A stretch of 63,455 bases of DNA, the filler included, from Globobulimina sp. (lineage: Eukaryota): the NCBI GenBank assembly GCA_003354225.1. It is 16 parts of 16 records of this genome, joined end to end, with 100 filler letters (N's around TTAATTAATTAA, not from the genome) between each part and the next. Parts side by side here need not be neighbours in the genome. Positions count along the whole stretch, not along the records: positions 35,765 to 39,635 come from PIVH01001959.1; positions 39,736 to 43,606 come from PIVH01001960.1; positions 43,707 to 47,577 come from PIVH01001961.1; positions 47,678 to 51,548 come from PIVH01001962.1; positions 51,649 to 55,517 come from PIVH01001963.1; 11 more parts are not named here. The stretch is one strand, 5' to 3'. Positions 37,965 through 51,902 of this stretch are shown piece after piece. How positions within the stretch are numbered: position 1 is the first letter of the stretch; each line of letters begins with the position of its first letter. Position numbers and translations under genes: made by a program. Below the pieces are notes generated by a model. That model worked only from the letters and a program-made list of their open reading frames with translations, was not told the DNA's origin and made no database searches.

Positions 37965-38907
37965 ATGGCTATGCAGTAATGTCACATGAACTCGTTTTAG
38001 GGAACAAACCCAGACACAACGAATATATTTGATATTTGATCCATACAATCAACAAACCAGCACAGCGGAAGAAGCAGAAAAGACGCGGCCAGATTGTGAA
38101 TATAATGCTGTTGTATTTCTATTGCATGGGACAAATGAGATGTGTTATGATACGGAATTAATTGAACAGTTACAACAAAATGATCCACAATATACATGGA
38201 TGGATTTATCAATGGAAAAGCATATATTATTAATATATCCTCAATCTCAAACAGAGAAATACAATGACAAAAACCCAGACTGTTTTATTAATGATTTCAA
38301 GAAAGAGGACAGGTTAAGAGCTGTATGGTCGCCTTTTGATAGTAATGATAAAATATTTATACATAAATTGAAAACAAGTGTTTTGCGAAAGTATAAAATA
38401 AAAGATAACAAGACATATGCTATCGGATACTCAAATGGTGGCATATTTTTGTTGAATCTCTTGTTGGATGATCCATATTTATTTGATGTGTCTTGTTCGT
38501 GGGGAGGAGGCGTAGAAAGTGGCAATTTAGAAGATCATAAGATAAATGCACAAGAATTGGACAATGAGTTGCAACAAGAATTAAAATCAATTGACCACGA
38601 TGAAAATTCCAAGTATTATGTTGGAAAATGGTTGTTTTACTTGATTAAACTTCCTGTTAATACTCAATCCAAAAAAAGTAAAATAGTGATAATGACAGGA
38701 AGTAGAGATGAAAATCGAACACCATCATATCGAGCATGGTTACTATTAAAAAGATTTAGTGAAAACTTTCAAGTTAGATTTGAGGATTGGAAGGACTCGA
38801 AACATCAATACAGATCTGATGCAACTAAACATATTTGGCAGTGTTTCAATAACTTTTATGAGTTTCAATGTATCGAACAATGTGATGTATTTCAATTTTA
38901 CAGTTGA
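37965..38907 (+). CDS. Alpha/beta hydrolase (LpqC/PHB-depolymerase-like esterase)
   Basis: VFLLHG, nucleophile elbow GYSNGG, GSRD, late His; start inferred via a 25-nt intron 37976-38000. Confidence 0.75.
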
Positions 38908-38991
38908 TTCTTACAATTGTTTTTTTGTTATGTCCTTGCACTTTTGCACTTTGTCGTGTGTTTAATATCAGACAAACATTTCAACAAATAA

Positions 38992-39635
38992 TCAATTTAC
39001 ATTCCAGGATGCAAGCTCAATGCCATTGGAATCATTTATTTTATTGAATGCAAACAATATGACATCCACAATACACCAAATGATCAAAGCAGTCGATGTA
39101 ATAAACACAGGAAAGCAGCCGAATGCAGATCTTTCTCGTTTTTGTTTGCCTAACATATAGGCACAGCTATATCCAATGGCACATCCAATGAATATCAAAG
39201 TACATTTAACTGCGGCGGACTGACTTGCATCAACATACCATCTGCCACCACCAAATCCGCCCAAAAAAAAACTTAATAAAAAAGCAATTAATTGTTCTTT
39301 TTGTCGGTAATTACAATATGTATTTTTCAGTGGTGGATTAAATGTTGTATATGCATGTTGACATTTGCATGTCCCATCTATTTGACATTTACCCTTTGCA
39401 AAACATGTGACAGTATCTGTGCAGTTCGGATGGACAGTTGGGGATAAAGTGGGTGGAAGTGTTGTTGGCGTGGTTGGAGCGAGAGTGTGGAACAAAGTGG
39501 GTGATGCTGTGGGTGATTGCGTAGTGATTGACAAGGGTCGGTTGGTGGAATTGATTGTGAAGTTGAATGATGTTACAGTGGTTGAAATAGTAGGTGTGAG
39601 GGTAGTTAATTGTGCATTACATAGGCTGGTATATA
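38992..39635 (-). CDS. TM2-domain protein with a Thr/Pro stalk and EGF-like domain, 5' partial
   Basis: CNYRQKEQLIAFLLSFFLGGFGGGRWY...WCIVDVILF...DSNG. Confidence 0.85.
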
Positions 39636-40281
39636 NNNNNNNNNNNNNNNNNNNNNNNNNNNNNNNNNNNNNNNNNNNNTTAATTAATTAANNNNNNNNN
39701 NNNNNNNNNNNNNNNNNNNNNNNNNNNNNNNNNNNTTTATTGAAATTATTGCTGAGAACACAGGTAATCACTGAGCCACACCAATGACACCATCGTTGTT
39801 TTTATATCGTAAGAAATGTGAGTCTGTTCAACGCTGTTTCGATTATAAAATGTTACCACGACAACCGCCCTCATCATCAAATAAAATTGTTTCGTGCAAC
39901 GAACGCACGCCGCCAACATAGCCACTGTCACATTTCCTTTCCGGCAAAGTTTCAGACTCACAACGATTTACTCGAAACATCATACAAAGACAGTACCAAA
40001 TCATTATATGGTACATGGTTCGTAGATATAGCACCATAATGATCGCACAATAAAATTCTTCAATATCTTGCTGTTGAGGACGATTGCAAGGCGGTTTTAA
40101 TACTTTCTGTAACTGTGTTGTACGAATTAATGACTCTTATCTTTTAGACTCCTTGTAACTGTTTGAAGACGATACAGCGGTGATTCAGCAAATGTTGTGT
40201 TTAAATATCACCAGAACTGAATGAAGGATTAAAGAAGTGTTTCATAAAGTTTTTAAAACAATTGTAGTGATTTAAAAGAAT

Positions 40282-43200
40282 ATGGCAATAAATCTGACAC
40301 ATATTCCATTCGTATTGTTATTTCTACTTTATTGCATCGAATGCATTACATCAACAAATAAAGTGAATAATGTTCATGTATCAATGACTGCTAATTTCGA
40401 TTCAGTCCCTTTACTATTTGAAATAACAGAATTTTTCCATGATTATCATACCTCCAACAGAGACCCAAATAAGTTATATTTTAATTACATTAACAAATTT
40501 ATCGAGTATTACCACGACACATCACCACCACCACCATCCGCAACAGCAACAGCAACACCAACACAACAAGACATATACCAATGGACAGTCTCCACCTTCA
40601 ACAACGACATTGGTACAACAGCCATGGAATCATTAGAATTAGCATTATCATTAAACCATTACACGCCTCGCCTGGCTATGTTTGAACAATTATATCAAAA
40701 TTACATCGATAACACTGCTCAAAGACAAGAAATCATCGTAATCCAAAACAAAAACGAAAAAGCACTCAACATTGCCATACAAAACGAACAATCATTAAAC
40801 CAGATACTCGACACTCTAAAAAACCTAAACCATAACAACCAGCATCAAAACCATTACATCAATTGGGAAATATTCGAATTGCACGATCATTGGATTGGTG
40901 ATACCTGTTTTGACGATGCAAACCGCCAAATCCTTATAATTTATTACGCCGATTATCTATCCTCGACATTCAAAGATATATACAACGCATTCAGCAATAC
41001 ACCGAATAGCAACTACTGTTTCGTATTGCGGCCAATATCTCTAAATAAATCCCTCAAAGAGTTCAACTTGCAAGGATATGGCGTCGAGTTAGCCATAAAA
41101 AACATGGAATACAATGTCACCGACGATCGCAATGTCATTGCCAATGTGGAGCTAGATGTCGACGGACAGGCTCATGTACGCACAAACACGGACGCTGCGA
41201 ATGATGCGAATGATGTTTATAACCAACTTATTCATATATTTAACGGTCTAATCGATACTAAAAATACCAGCAATCTGCCCAAACGCTTGGAGATGGAGGA
41301 AGAAGATATGAAAAATTACATGAATCATATCGATATACAGGCCACCAGAGGCTTGCTGTCATCGTATGAGCATTGCCTGGATTCCATGGCTGCGGTGGAT
41401 GGGGATATAAATAGCAAGAAAGGGGAGAAGGATTTGAATAAAATCAAGTTGTCCAATAATAATTTTTTGTCGATATTTAGGGAATTTTCAACCAATTTCC
41501 CGCGTTATGTTGAGGCTGTATCCCGTGTTCAAAATGAAACATTTGCGTATTTAGTGCCATATTTACAGACTGTGCATAGATATCAACGCGAAGGACAGCA
41601 GTCCTTTGCGTTGAATGGCATTAATTTAGGTACGGGCGATTTTGATGTTTTTAATTTCTATCATATTTTGCATAAAGAGGCGAAATTTGTGGATATTTTG
41701 AATGGTATCATGTCGAAATACGATGAGAATTTCCAAAATAATCGACTGATCACGAAATTATTAGCCACGCCGTTTACAATGTTAAGTAACACCATCTGTG
41801 ACCTATAAATAAAATAACAGCATACATCCACAGCGGCGCCGGAGGCCAATCACGCAAAGGAGGGGGCGGCGGAATGATGGGTATGTTTGGTATGGGTGGC
41901 GGCGGCGGCACAAGTTTGGAGGAGGAAGATGTGCAAATTGATATGCGCGATAACGAATTTATTCGCAGATATAAAAAGCACAAAAACGCGGAGAAATCGT
42001 TGAAAGTGATAGCATGGCTCAATAATATCGAAAGAGATAGGAAATATAATAACTATTACAAAGATTTGAAGCCACTCAAATCTTTTATGGTGATGCAGCA
42101 GGTCGTGCCAATCAAAAAAAATATGTATAATGGCATTGCTATCTTTGACCCCATTGATTTTAGCGGCTATTCTATATTCCATGCTGTGCTGAATGGGGTT
42201 GATCAGGGCTTGCCGTTACGTTTAGGATTTGTTTTATATCCAAAATATTTATTCCCCGCTGCTGAGATTATATCTGGTATGCCTATATAACGTGTTTTTG
42301 CTTATAGAAAACGTATGTTTTTGTATAGATGCGGATAAAAATAAACAATTTATATCGCGGCGGATTGTACAATGTGTGGTGTGGTTATTGGATGAACATA
42401 AAAGTGGCAAACAAGCATCGATATTTTTGAGTAATTTATACGCGCCAATTTTGGAGCAAATGCAAGAAAAACAACAAAAAGCAATGCAGAAATTAATGGC
42501 ACAAATGGCCACTGAAGAAGTCGAGGACGAGCCGTTCGGGTTTGAGGGTCGAGCATTAATTGGCGATGACGTCGAAGAGGAAGACATTAATACCTTACCG
42601 ACAGCCAATATGATTGAAAGTGTTATTTTAGATTTTATTGTGGTGGCTAAAGATGGCGCAATCAAAACAAAACAAGGCGTTTTAGATCAGATCTATGCGT
42701 ATGATATCAGTCCATATTTGGAGGTAACCAAAGCATTTTTAGATGATAAAGGTATGAGTTCATTATTAGAAGCAGTCGAAAATGAAAAGGATATAGAAAT
42801 TGCTGATGAAAAAGATGACAAAACAGATGTAGAGACCCAGCAACATTGTGGTTGTTTATTGGCATTAAATGGCCGCATATTCCCGCACATTATGGGTGAA
42901 TTTAATGTGTATACATTGTTGGGGATACTCATGGAAGAACAGAGAGGATATTTAATGTCGTACGCAAGCGGTAAAATCAGCCGGAAAACGAATTTCAACA
43001 ATTATGTGTATGATAAACCCGACGTATTGTTGAGATTTAGTAAGTTTTTATCGTGGCTGGGCACTGCTGGATTACCGGCGGAGATTACAACAAATGGCGA
43101 AGTGACGGATAAAGCATCGAATACAGCCATTACTATCTTACATCCACAGCAATTGCAAACTATTGAGAGCCATATTGGCGATGAGCTGTATTGGCATAGT

Positions 43201-43606
43201 ATTTATTCAGCAAATACAGATTTGACTGATATGAGTAATGTGTATACAGTCACGGTGTGGTTAATTGTGAACCCACAGAGCATAATGGGTCGCTTTTTAA
43301 TGTCCGCATTCGCAAAAATCCATAGCCATTTCGCAGAGTATGGCGCGTTGAATGATGAAAATAATGAACCCACAGTCCCAGAAAGTGAATATAGTAAACC
43401 AAATCCATTTGGTATGCGATTTGCGATATTGTTCAACGAGCACAGTAACAAAATACCACCGCAATGCGTAGCGTTGAATAAAATGTCATGCCAAGAAAAT
43501 GGTGTATTTTCATGGGAATTATTTGAGAAAACTTGGACTGTAAAATTGACAATCACTCTTTTTGCGGGGCCATCTCAGATAATGACTGTTATCTTATAAA
43601 ATATTG
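40282..43606 (+). CDS. UGGT: UDP-glucose:glycoprotein glucosyltransferase, N-terminal thioredoxin-like region, 3' partial
   Basis: Signal peptide; LLFEITEF, LQGYGVELAIKNMEY, TNFPRY, WLNNIERDRKY, LPLRLGFV; introns ~41786-41820 and ~42278-42328. Confidence 0.88.
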
Positions 43607-43836
43607 NNNNNNNNNNNNNNNNNNNNNNNNNNNNNNNNNNNNNNNNNNNNTTAATTAATTAANNNNNNNNNNNNNNNNNNNNNNNNNNNNNNNNNNNNNN
43701 NNNNNNCAATGCTCTTATATCTGATGGAGCCTTCTATGTAATTTACAGGCAAATAGTTAGAAAACCCAATGACTTAAGTTTGAAGAATGGCTGTGGTTAC
43801 TCCTTGTTGTTAAGTAGTAATTAATTATTTGTGTCG

Positions 43837-44304
43837 TTAAGTTGCAAGCGTAATATATAGAGATTTACCAGTAAAGGCTGCCACGCTCAAAATAATATAA
43901 AAACCAACATCTTCAGAGTCTGCAAATATATATTGGGTGAGTACTGGAAAAAACATCGCAATTCCCATTGACAAAAAACTAATACATATTCGTGATGTAA
44001 ATGAAAACATTTCACCATAAAATAATACTAAAGCTAAAAATAGTACATCTGGAATTGTATAGACGGGTACAATCAGGAAATTGATGTTTGAGTGATGTGG
44101 ATATTCATCATCGAAATAATCTGGCGCTGATAATAAAAAATTATATGCCAATAATATTCCACATCCTAGCAACATTGAGATCCAATAAATTAAATTGCCA
44201 CTGTCTTTAATATTTTCCGACAGATCATTTGGATAATTTTCACTGCGAATATTATCAGGCAATAATACTGTTTTTTGCGCTTTCTTTGATTGTTTCGAAG
44301 TCAT
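43837..44304 (-). CDS. Equilibrative nucleoside transporter, first exon (remainder off-contig or truncated)
   Basis: LLGCGILLAYNFLLSAPDYF...YP, SRI, hydrophobic helices; donor-like GTAAAT after FTG. Confidence 0.8.
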   Translation of the reverse strand: MTSKQSKKAQKTVLLPDNIRSENYPNDLSENIKDSGNLIYWISMLLGCGILLAYNFLLSAPDYFDDEYPHHSNINFLIVPVYTIPDVLFLALVLFYGEMFSFTSRICISFLSMGIAMFFPVLTQYIFADSEDVGFYIILSVAAFTGKSLYITLAT

Positions 44305-44389
44305 GATTGCAAAAGTTTTTCGTTAAAAAAAATGAATAATGTATCATCATCTCCAACACCAAAAATAGATAATAACCAAAAAGAACAGC

Positions 44390-45379
44390 ATGTCACTGCA
44401 TGTGAAATCCAAACAAAATCTAAGCAGCACCCAATCAATTTCCATAAAATCGAATGATATTAATGAGACATGGCAGAACACTAAAAATGCGAAAAAGTGG
44501 AATTTAAACGATGCTCTTTATATATTTTCAAATGCTATGAATGAATATATGCCTGGCCTTATTGTTAAGGTACATGATAAAACAAAAGAATTTACCGTCA
44601 GGTATTGGGATGTGCAGTCATTAGACATCAAACACAAAAAAAGAAAATTATATGGTTCAAATCGGGTTAAACTGCGAGAATATAATACAAAATATGATCC
44701 GTGGAATCTGCCGTTTTCTGACACAGCACTCTGTAACGACCATATTCAGCAAATCAAACAATGTTTATTCAAAAAAGAAGAGTACTTTGATATCAACATC
44801 GATATCGACGAATGGTTTATCAGATTTAAAATATTCTTGACGAAAAAAAACACGTTACATGTCAAGAACCCATTTATCAGATTAATTAGTTCTTATTTAG
44901 GGCAAAACGCTGAATCATGGATTGCAATTTTTACAAAATATATTTATGTTAAGCAGTATTGTTTTATTGCACATTGAATCATTTAATACATTGTATTTAC
45001 CATTTTATACACTATTCAGACAATGCGTTTATTTGAACAGGAATCAAATAACGAACAACATTTGAACGCAAAATTAGAAATATTGTTTAATATATTAAAT
45101 GTAGGCAGCCAATGTATTGATGGTGAAGCACTGCATATAATTTGCCTAATGTATGCAAAAGGACTGATCAACGAAAATGAATCGGAAACTCGAGAACAAA
45201 AGCGGAAAATTGCGAAATTTGCTAAAAAATTGGTGCAAAAGATAAAAAAGCGAGATGATGAAATTGATATTGATGAATTCAAGCACATGGTAGGAAATAC
45301 CAAAGAAATGAATAATATCATATCTCAATCTATTAACGATTTTATTATAGAAGAAAAACCAAAAATGACTATTATTTAA
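44390..45379 (+). CDS. Hypothetical protein with a degenerate EF-hand (calcineurin-B/NCS-like) C-terminus
   Basis: 72-nt intron 44948-45019 joins the ORFs in frame; KLEILFNIL...IDGEAL and DEIDIDEF. Confidence 0.5.
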
Positions 45380-45506
45380 TTATAAATTCCAAACGTTTAT
45401 TAAACGCTTTCTACCCACTTAATTTTTCATACAGGGTCAATTTTCCTCAAACATTAAATTATTGTATATTGAAAGGTGTCAAGTTTGAATAACAAACAAA
45501 GTCTTG

Positions 45507-47183
45507 TTAATATACATTATTTTTGACAAAATCAATTTGCTCTCTGATAGCTTTTTTAAATAGCTCAGTATGTGGATTCACTTTAAATTCCGAACCACCC
45601 ATAACATGATTATACTTATGTCCATTCCATTGACTAAATGCTTTAAAATGTTCTTCGCCATTAAATCCCGCCGGTACAATTTCAATCAATCCACTCTTTG
45701 GCGGTAAAAATAATACATGCGATAATCCAGCACCATGCGCCCCGATTAATATGTCAGTACTGGCTGCAATCTCCAATTGCTCCTTAAATGAATAATCGCT
45801 CCAACCTATATTCCTTATATTCACTTCAATATCATTCATACCCCGCACTGCATCGCGTATTTTGTCTTCCACCTCGCGATCATTCACAAATTTCCTCGAT
45901 GCTTTGCCCCCAATATTCCTTGGATGAGCGACATAATCTTTACGACAAGTCAACGTTATTGAAATCTTATTATCGCGCCTCTCTGTTTTCGTTTTTATAC
46001 CAAAGCCCTTTAAAAACCATTTACCGAAGTTTTGAACATATTTACTTTCTCGTTTACAGTCATTTTGTTCAACGGTTCGCAAAGATATCCCGCCCACATA
46101 GCCAGCGGAGACAAATATTGCTTTCTTTAAACATATCGGCTGTCCGTTATTCAATGTTTTCACAAAACTATATTTTGAATTTATTCCATATTGCCAGGCC
46201 TCATCAATTTGCGATTTAGCATGTCCATCTAAGAAAATTATATCGTAATTAGCACCGTTAGGATCTATACCCAATGCATGTATGATTTGATAAAAATTAT
46301 ACCAATCTGTAGCTTGATGGTACATATTTGCATATTCATAACGCATTGTAATGAGAAATATTGTCACCTTCTTATTATCCTTACACAGCTCGTTATAATC
46401 TGACAGATATTTTTTATGATAAATACTTTCTTTATTATCAATATCGATGCTCCGCATAAACTCGATAATATCATGAAAATAATATGAAATGCCATTTTTT
46501 TGGGGGACTTCTCCTTTTGGTTTGCAGTCTATATTCAACGCAGTGTCTCCAGTATTTTTGTCATGATTATAAGTTGGAAATTCATGGCCTTCGATTCGTC
46601 CCGCAACGGAGGCTATGTCTTCGCCACCATTTGATACTTTGATCAGTGATGGATTTATGATAAAATTGTTTGCCTCGCAATAGATTTGATTGCTAAACGG
46701 ATTTTGAATGCATTTGAAGTGTGATAAATCAGTGGAACATGATATTATTTCCTTTGAATAGCCATTCCCAAATATTGCTTCGCATTCTGCTCCGTTTGAT
46801 GTCTCCAATGGCCATTGTTGGAGAGCAGAGGGTGACACATCATTTGAGCTCATATTGTTTGTATCAACATCATTTGAGCTCACATCATTTGAGCCTAATA
46901 TGATTACATCTTTTGGCTCATTAAGGTTCGTTCGATCCAGACTTGGTTGATGAATACTGACTGTATTCGTTTATAGATAGATGTTAATGATGGAGACATA
47001 ATTAATAAATATCACTTAACAATCATAGGTTACTATCAGTAATATAATGACAATGACCATCACAATGCATAGAAACACATAAGCGATCCAGTGAGTACCC
47101 TTACGTTTTGGAGCCGTTGACAGTACAGTTCTGGAGATTCGAGCGGTTCGTTTTGTGGTTCGTTTGAGGTGTTCCTTCAGCAT
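45507..47183 (-). CDS. Glycosyltransferase family 61 (EOGT-like), type II membrane protein
   Basis: RYEYANMYH, RKDYVAHPRN, FKEQL..TDILIGAHGAGLSHVLFLP; N-terminal TM exon from ATG 47183 with intron ~46961-47020; SSNDV repeats in the stem. Confidence 0.88.
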
Positions 47184-47204
47184 GGTACTTATCACAGTTT
47201 TAAT

Positions 47205-47280
47205 TTCGCAGTTTTCACAGTTGTTTTCGCAGTTTTCATAAGTCCATGATTTTCACAGTTGTTTTCGCAGTTGTTTTCGC
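47205..47280. repeat. Imperfect tandem TTTTC(A/G)CAGTTG repeats upstream of the GT61 start
   Basis: Several copies of TTTTCACAGTTG/TTTTCGCAGTT. Confidence 0.6.
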
Positions 47281-48279
47281 ATTGATAGAATAATTCTGGT
47301 AACCTGTATGTGACAGCAGCTGCAGCTGCTATCTTGTTAAGAAGTTAACTAAGTTCATTCATTATTTTGTAAACCAATCAAAAAAAATTAAATAACTTAC
47401 AAATCACAAACTTACATCACATTTTTTGTTGAAGTTCCCAATTCAACTTTTTTTGCGCGTTGTGCAAACTTTAACGATGTTAACGTTTCTTGAAAATGAA
47501 TATCAGCACAACTTAAATTGATAAACATCAACGTCTTTGCACTTCGCCCCAAACTATCTTGTAAAATAAAGTTTACANNNNNNNNNNNNNNNNNNNNNNN
47601 NNNNNNNNNNNNNNNNNNNNNTTAATTAATTAANNNNNNNNNNNNNNNNNNNNNNNNNNNNNNNNNNNNNNNNNNNNGCACCACATTCCCACCTCTGCCC
47701 TGGTTGGCTATTGTTTTATGACCTATCTGTATTGTTTTTGGTGCATGTGGTAAATCATTCTGAATGACAATGTTGGTGTGCAAGTTCAAATCTATAACAG
47801 AGGAGAAGCAAATGTTTCCAAGACATAGCCATAGGCATGGTCACAAGAAACTGTAATACTGATTACTGAACCTATTGATAATATAACACAATATTATGAC
47901 AAAGGTATTATTAGCTTGGAATTCAAGGAATAATAGTAGCTCGGCTGATGATGAGTTAATGATATTTTGGTGCAAGGGTCTAGAAGAAAATATCAACAAT
48001 GGATCCTTTTTTTTAATTTGTAAGGCTAATTTTACCCAACCTATCAATGATGCAACACATTATTATGAGAAATATAATATTTGCTTGGAATTCTAGGAAT
48101 AATAGTGGCTGGGTTGACATAATCATATATTGTGAAAGTGTCTAGCTGAACAAACCAACAATAAACACTTTTGAAATGTGTATGACTGACTTTAAAGAAA
48201 TGGGCATTAGTGCCGACCTCGAAGACATATATGCGAAACGCGCTGAATCACTCAGAAAATTGAGTACGAAGCAAGGAAA

Positions 48280-49467
48280 ATGGAAGTGGAATGTGAATGT
48301 AAAAAAGCGATAGCAACAACCGTGGTTTACAAAGAGAATATGACCTACCCGACCCATCTTTGTAAATCTTGTCACACTGCGTATGTAGATGTTGAGATTG
48401 AGCGACTGCTGAGCGAGGTTAAAGCTGGCGAACCTTTTCCCGGCGAGCTACACACATACCAACCGTTCTATAGCGTGGACATGAAAGATTGGCAGTTGGT
48501 GCGTGGCGACTCACCATCGCGATTGGATATAATCCGGGATGCAGTTAGCCGATCACCCAAGGTCACTGAAATGCTCGCCAATCCAGTTGCGCAGCCCACG
48601 TATCTTGATCTGGGTTGCTGTTCTGGATTTTTCGCTGAAGGTATGGATGAAGCAGGCTTTAGATCATTTGGTGTTGACGTAGGTAAACACTTTATAGATT
48701 GGGGCAGTCGACTAGCTAGAATCAAAGGAAAAGCAATAAATCATATTCAGTTAGATGCCCATAAATTTATGCTTGAAACAGAAGAGCGATTCGAGGTTGC
48801 ATCAACATTTGCAACAGTGCAATGGGTCATGGTGCAGAAAGGTTACAACACTGGTGTAGACTGCTTTAAAGAATTTTTCAACAAAACAAACCACATAGCT
48901 ATCGTCGAGATGGGCTATACAACCGAAGATATCTATAAGGATAAAATTGATGGCGCCCCAGGAGTAATTGATAAAAATTGGGTGTTGGAGTTAATGGAGA
49001 AGCACGGTGATTTCGCCTCGATTGAGGTTCATCATGCGGGAGAAAATGGCATCTGGAGAGACATTTTTGTCGGGTTTCGGGAGGTCCCGACGGAGCGTCC
49101 CTTTCGTCGAGCCTTTGAAAGTGAAATGGTGGCTTATGCATCGGATGCCCAGGGTTACTCAGAAGATGGCTGGGTTGCACCGATATCTGAGGTCTATCTT
49201 AAGGCGAGTAAGCCGATCAAATTGATTCAGATGAAAGGCTGGCGGCCTGATGAGAGTAAATCTGGCGAAGCCCAAGTAAGCCTCTATTTGGACGGAAAAC
49301 TATGTAGTGAGCTATCTACACGGGGGGGAAGTTTTGAGGTCAAGCAAAACGTTGACATCAAACAGAATCAAATTTTCTGCCTTCGAACAGAGTGTAGCAC
49401 TACTGAAGAAGCGCCAGGGGACAGCCGAGAGCTTTCATATATCTGTAGTGATCTCGTATTCTACTGA
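48280..49467 (+). CDS. Class I SAM-dependent methyltransferase with a C-terminal beta-rich domain, bacterial-like
   Basis: YLDLGCCSGFF, GVD; AAGGA just upstream of the ATG; intronless; less AT-rich than host contigs. Confidence 0.8.
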   Translation: MEVECECKKAIATTVVYKENMTYPTHLCKSCHTAYVDVEIERLLSEVKAGEPFPGELHTYQPFYSVDMKDWQLVRGDSPSRLDIIRDAVSRSPKVTEMLANPVAQPTYLDLGCCSGFFAEGMDEAGFRSFGVDVGKHFIDWGSRLARIKGKAINHIQLDAHKFMLETEERFEVASTFATVQWVMVQKGYNTGVDCFKEFFNKTNHIAIVEMGYTTEDIYKDKIDGAPGVIDKNWVLELMEKHGDFASIEVHHAGENGIWRDIFVGFREVPTERPFRRAFESEMVAYASDAQGYSEDGWVAPISEVYLKASKPIKLIQMKGWRPDESKSGEAQVSLYLDGKLCSELSTRGGSFEVKQNVDIKQNQIFCLRTECSTTEEAPGDSRELSYICSDLVFY

Positions 49468-49701
49468 TATACACTGCCGCAACGTAACACAATGTCACTT
49501 GATTTAGGCTAGACATCCCACCGGAAAATGGATTGTGGGATAGCGCCGTGGGATAGATAATAGATACCCCAAAGGGTAAAAACCATACAAAAATTGTGAT
49601 CCCGCGCCGGTTTTGATTGCGTGCCACACATCAGCGAAGTGTTGAGTGGTAGGTCTGTTATAGCTAATAAACGTGCAAACCAAGGCCCACCACTCCGGCA
49701 C

Positions 49702-51548
49702 TCACTTATTATCGAAGATAAAAAAACGTAACACCTTCTCTAAAATTGTATGTTGCTCACTAGAAGAACTTGATTCTTTTACTTCTAACGAAATCTCACT
49801 CGATAGCACCGTACCATCCAGGGCCATCGCGTTAACCGAAACAATCCAACGACCACTGTTAGAAAAACTATGTGAGCAAGCCAGGCATGCTTGTATTTCA
49901 TTGTCTCCATCAAGATGCCAACGAACAGTTGATACGTTGACGGGTTTGGCAAATAGCGCCAGTAACCCAAGGGGCTCCCCTGTCAATATGTTGTTGTGGG
50001 ACAAGAGAATGACACCATCATTGATAGCTTCTCCACCACCCTCAGTGATATCAACAATTGAATTAACTTCAGGCACATGGAATCTTTCTAACAATCCACT
50101 GGGCCATTCAACAATTAAATCATCAACAATTGAATAACTCCCAAGGCCAAAATGGGCTCTAATATCATCTTGCGCCCGGGAATGGAATCCACCGGAATAA
50201 TTACGCACTTGCGTTTTCCCTCCTGCTTCCAGGAATATCCTCGCACCATAAGCACTCCTGGGCGATATTGTTCCAATGAGAGTTAGCTTTAGCCAGTTAT
50301 TCCCATTTCCCCGGTTGTGAAGCAGCTGCAAAGGCCCTTTCTCACCAGTCTGCACACCAAATCCATTGCTTACAAACAGATCAATAAATCCGTCATTGTC
50401 ATAGTCACCGGATGTAACCCTATCAAGCACACCCAAGTTTGCGCCTTCTGCCCCCGAAATTCTGGCAATCTCGCGAAATTTTTTCCCCTCAATATTTTCG
50501 TAAAGGCGATTAGGTGGATTATCAATTTCGGAACGGCATCCCAAATAAAGATCCAAATCCATATCGTTATCAAAATCTGCAGCTGTAATTGATGTACAAC
50601 TGGTCTTGTCCGTGATCCCAAGCTGCTTGGAAATATCAACAAAGTTGTTCCCATGGGTTTTAAAAATCTTATCTTCCATTTCCGCTCTCTGCCGTTCAAT
50701 CAGCGATAACGGTTGAACTTCATAGGTGATGGGATTAGAGCCGGTTATAACAATATATGTCCGTCCACGGCCACCGTTACGCTTAACGGTAAGGTGCCAG
50801 ATATCCTCTAGATTATCGTAGCCAATGGCTATAGCCTCATCATAGCTATCAATATCTACAATGCCCCAATTCAATTCGTCGTTAACATTAAGTGGAAAAG
50901 GCCTTTTGGCAGGGTGGTAACCTGTTTTGCCAATAAAAATTTTATTACTGGTCCAATAACCACTGGTAATAGGTGAAATACGAACACGACGCAAATTGCC
51001 TTTCGTCTTGAAACTCCAGCTTTCCATCCCATTTTCAATGAATTTGGTTAACACAAGCCGGTCGGCTTGCGGCATTAATTCGTATGAGTGCTGGCCAGCA
51101 CTCACAAGAACAACTTCTGGACGTAAATTACCAGTAAAATCTTCCACCACAAGATCTTCCACGTTATGTGCTTCTTTTGGCGAAACTTTGTGTTGACTCA
51201 AAATAAACTGACAGCCACTTCCCGGTTGGTAAATTGCCTTAAGAGGATTCCTGTTATTAGCAATTATTTTAAGTGAATCATCGGAAAACATTCGACGGAA
51301 GTAGACCGCTTGCAGGTTATGTTTTGGATTAAATCCAGCCAGGCCATTAGCACATGGTTCAAATTGGTCGTCGGATTGTAAATGCAGGAATACTTCCTTC
51401 CTACCACTTGCCGCCTTGGTCAAAAATACATCCAAGCGTCCATCTCTGTTGACGTCGTACCAGATAGGCATTCTGCCGCGGCCAGGAACATCTCTAAGTC
51501 CCCACTCACTTGCACCATCCCTGAATCCATCCTTTGTTTGAATCCAAA
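49702..51548 (-). CDS. FG-GAP/VCBS repeat protein with ASPIC/UnbV and PKD-like domains (CRTAC1 family), bacterial-like, 5' partial
   Basis: DVNRDGRLDVF, ADFDNDMDLDLY, GDYDNDGFIDLFVSN, NNWL..AYGARI..AHFGLG..VEWPSG, W.L.GD..HSF..GRW.V. Confidence 0.88.
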
Positions 51549-51902
51549 NNNNNNNNNNNNNNNNNNNNNNNNNNNNNNNNNNNNNNNNNNNNTTAATTAA
51601 TTAANNNNNNNNNNNNNNNNNNNNNNNNNNNNNNNNNNNNNNNNNNNNTGGTTGGAAGTCCGTATGAAGTTTGTAGTTTTGATTATTATGGCTCTGATTG
51701 AATCAATGAAAAACATACTTTTCTTTTGAAACTGTATACATTTAATATCCTTGCACTGCATGTAAATCTCCATATAATTTTAAGTTTATTGTCCAGTTTC
51801 GTCTCCTTGAGGTGAGAACCCTGATATTAAGATTTTCTTGCAGTGAGCTAGTCATCACTTCGAGAATTCAAAAACTTACTGTTCTAAAGTATATAAATAT
51901 TG

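Noticed and set aside
39736-40250. Short ORFs upstream of UGGT (similarly 26830-27720 and 59587-60300)
   Set aside because: Short, motif-free frames; no tRNA, rRNA or structured RNA recognisable by eye.
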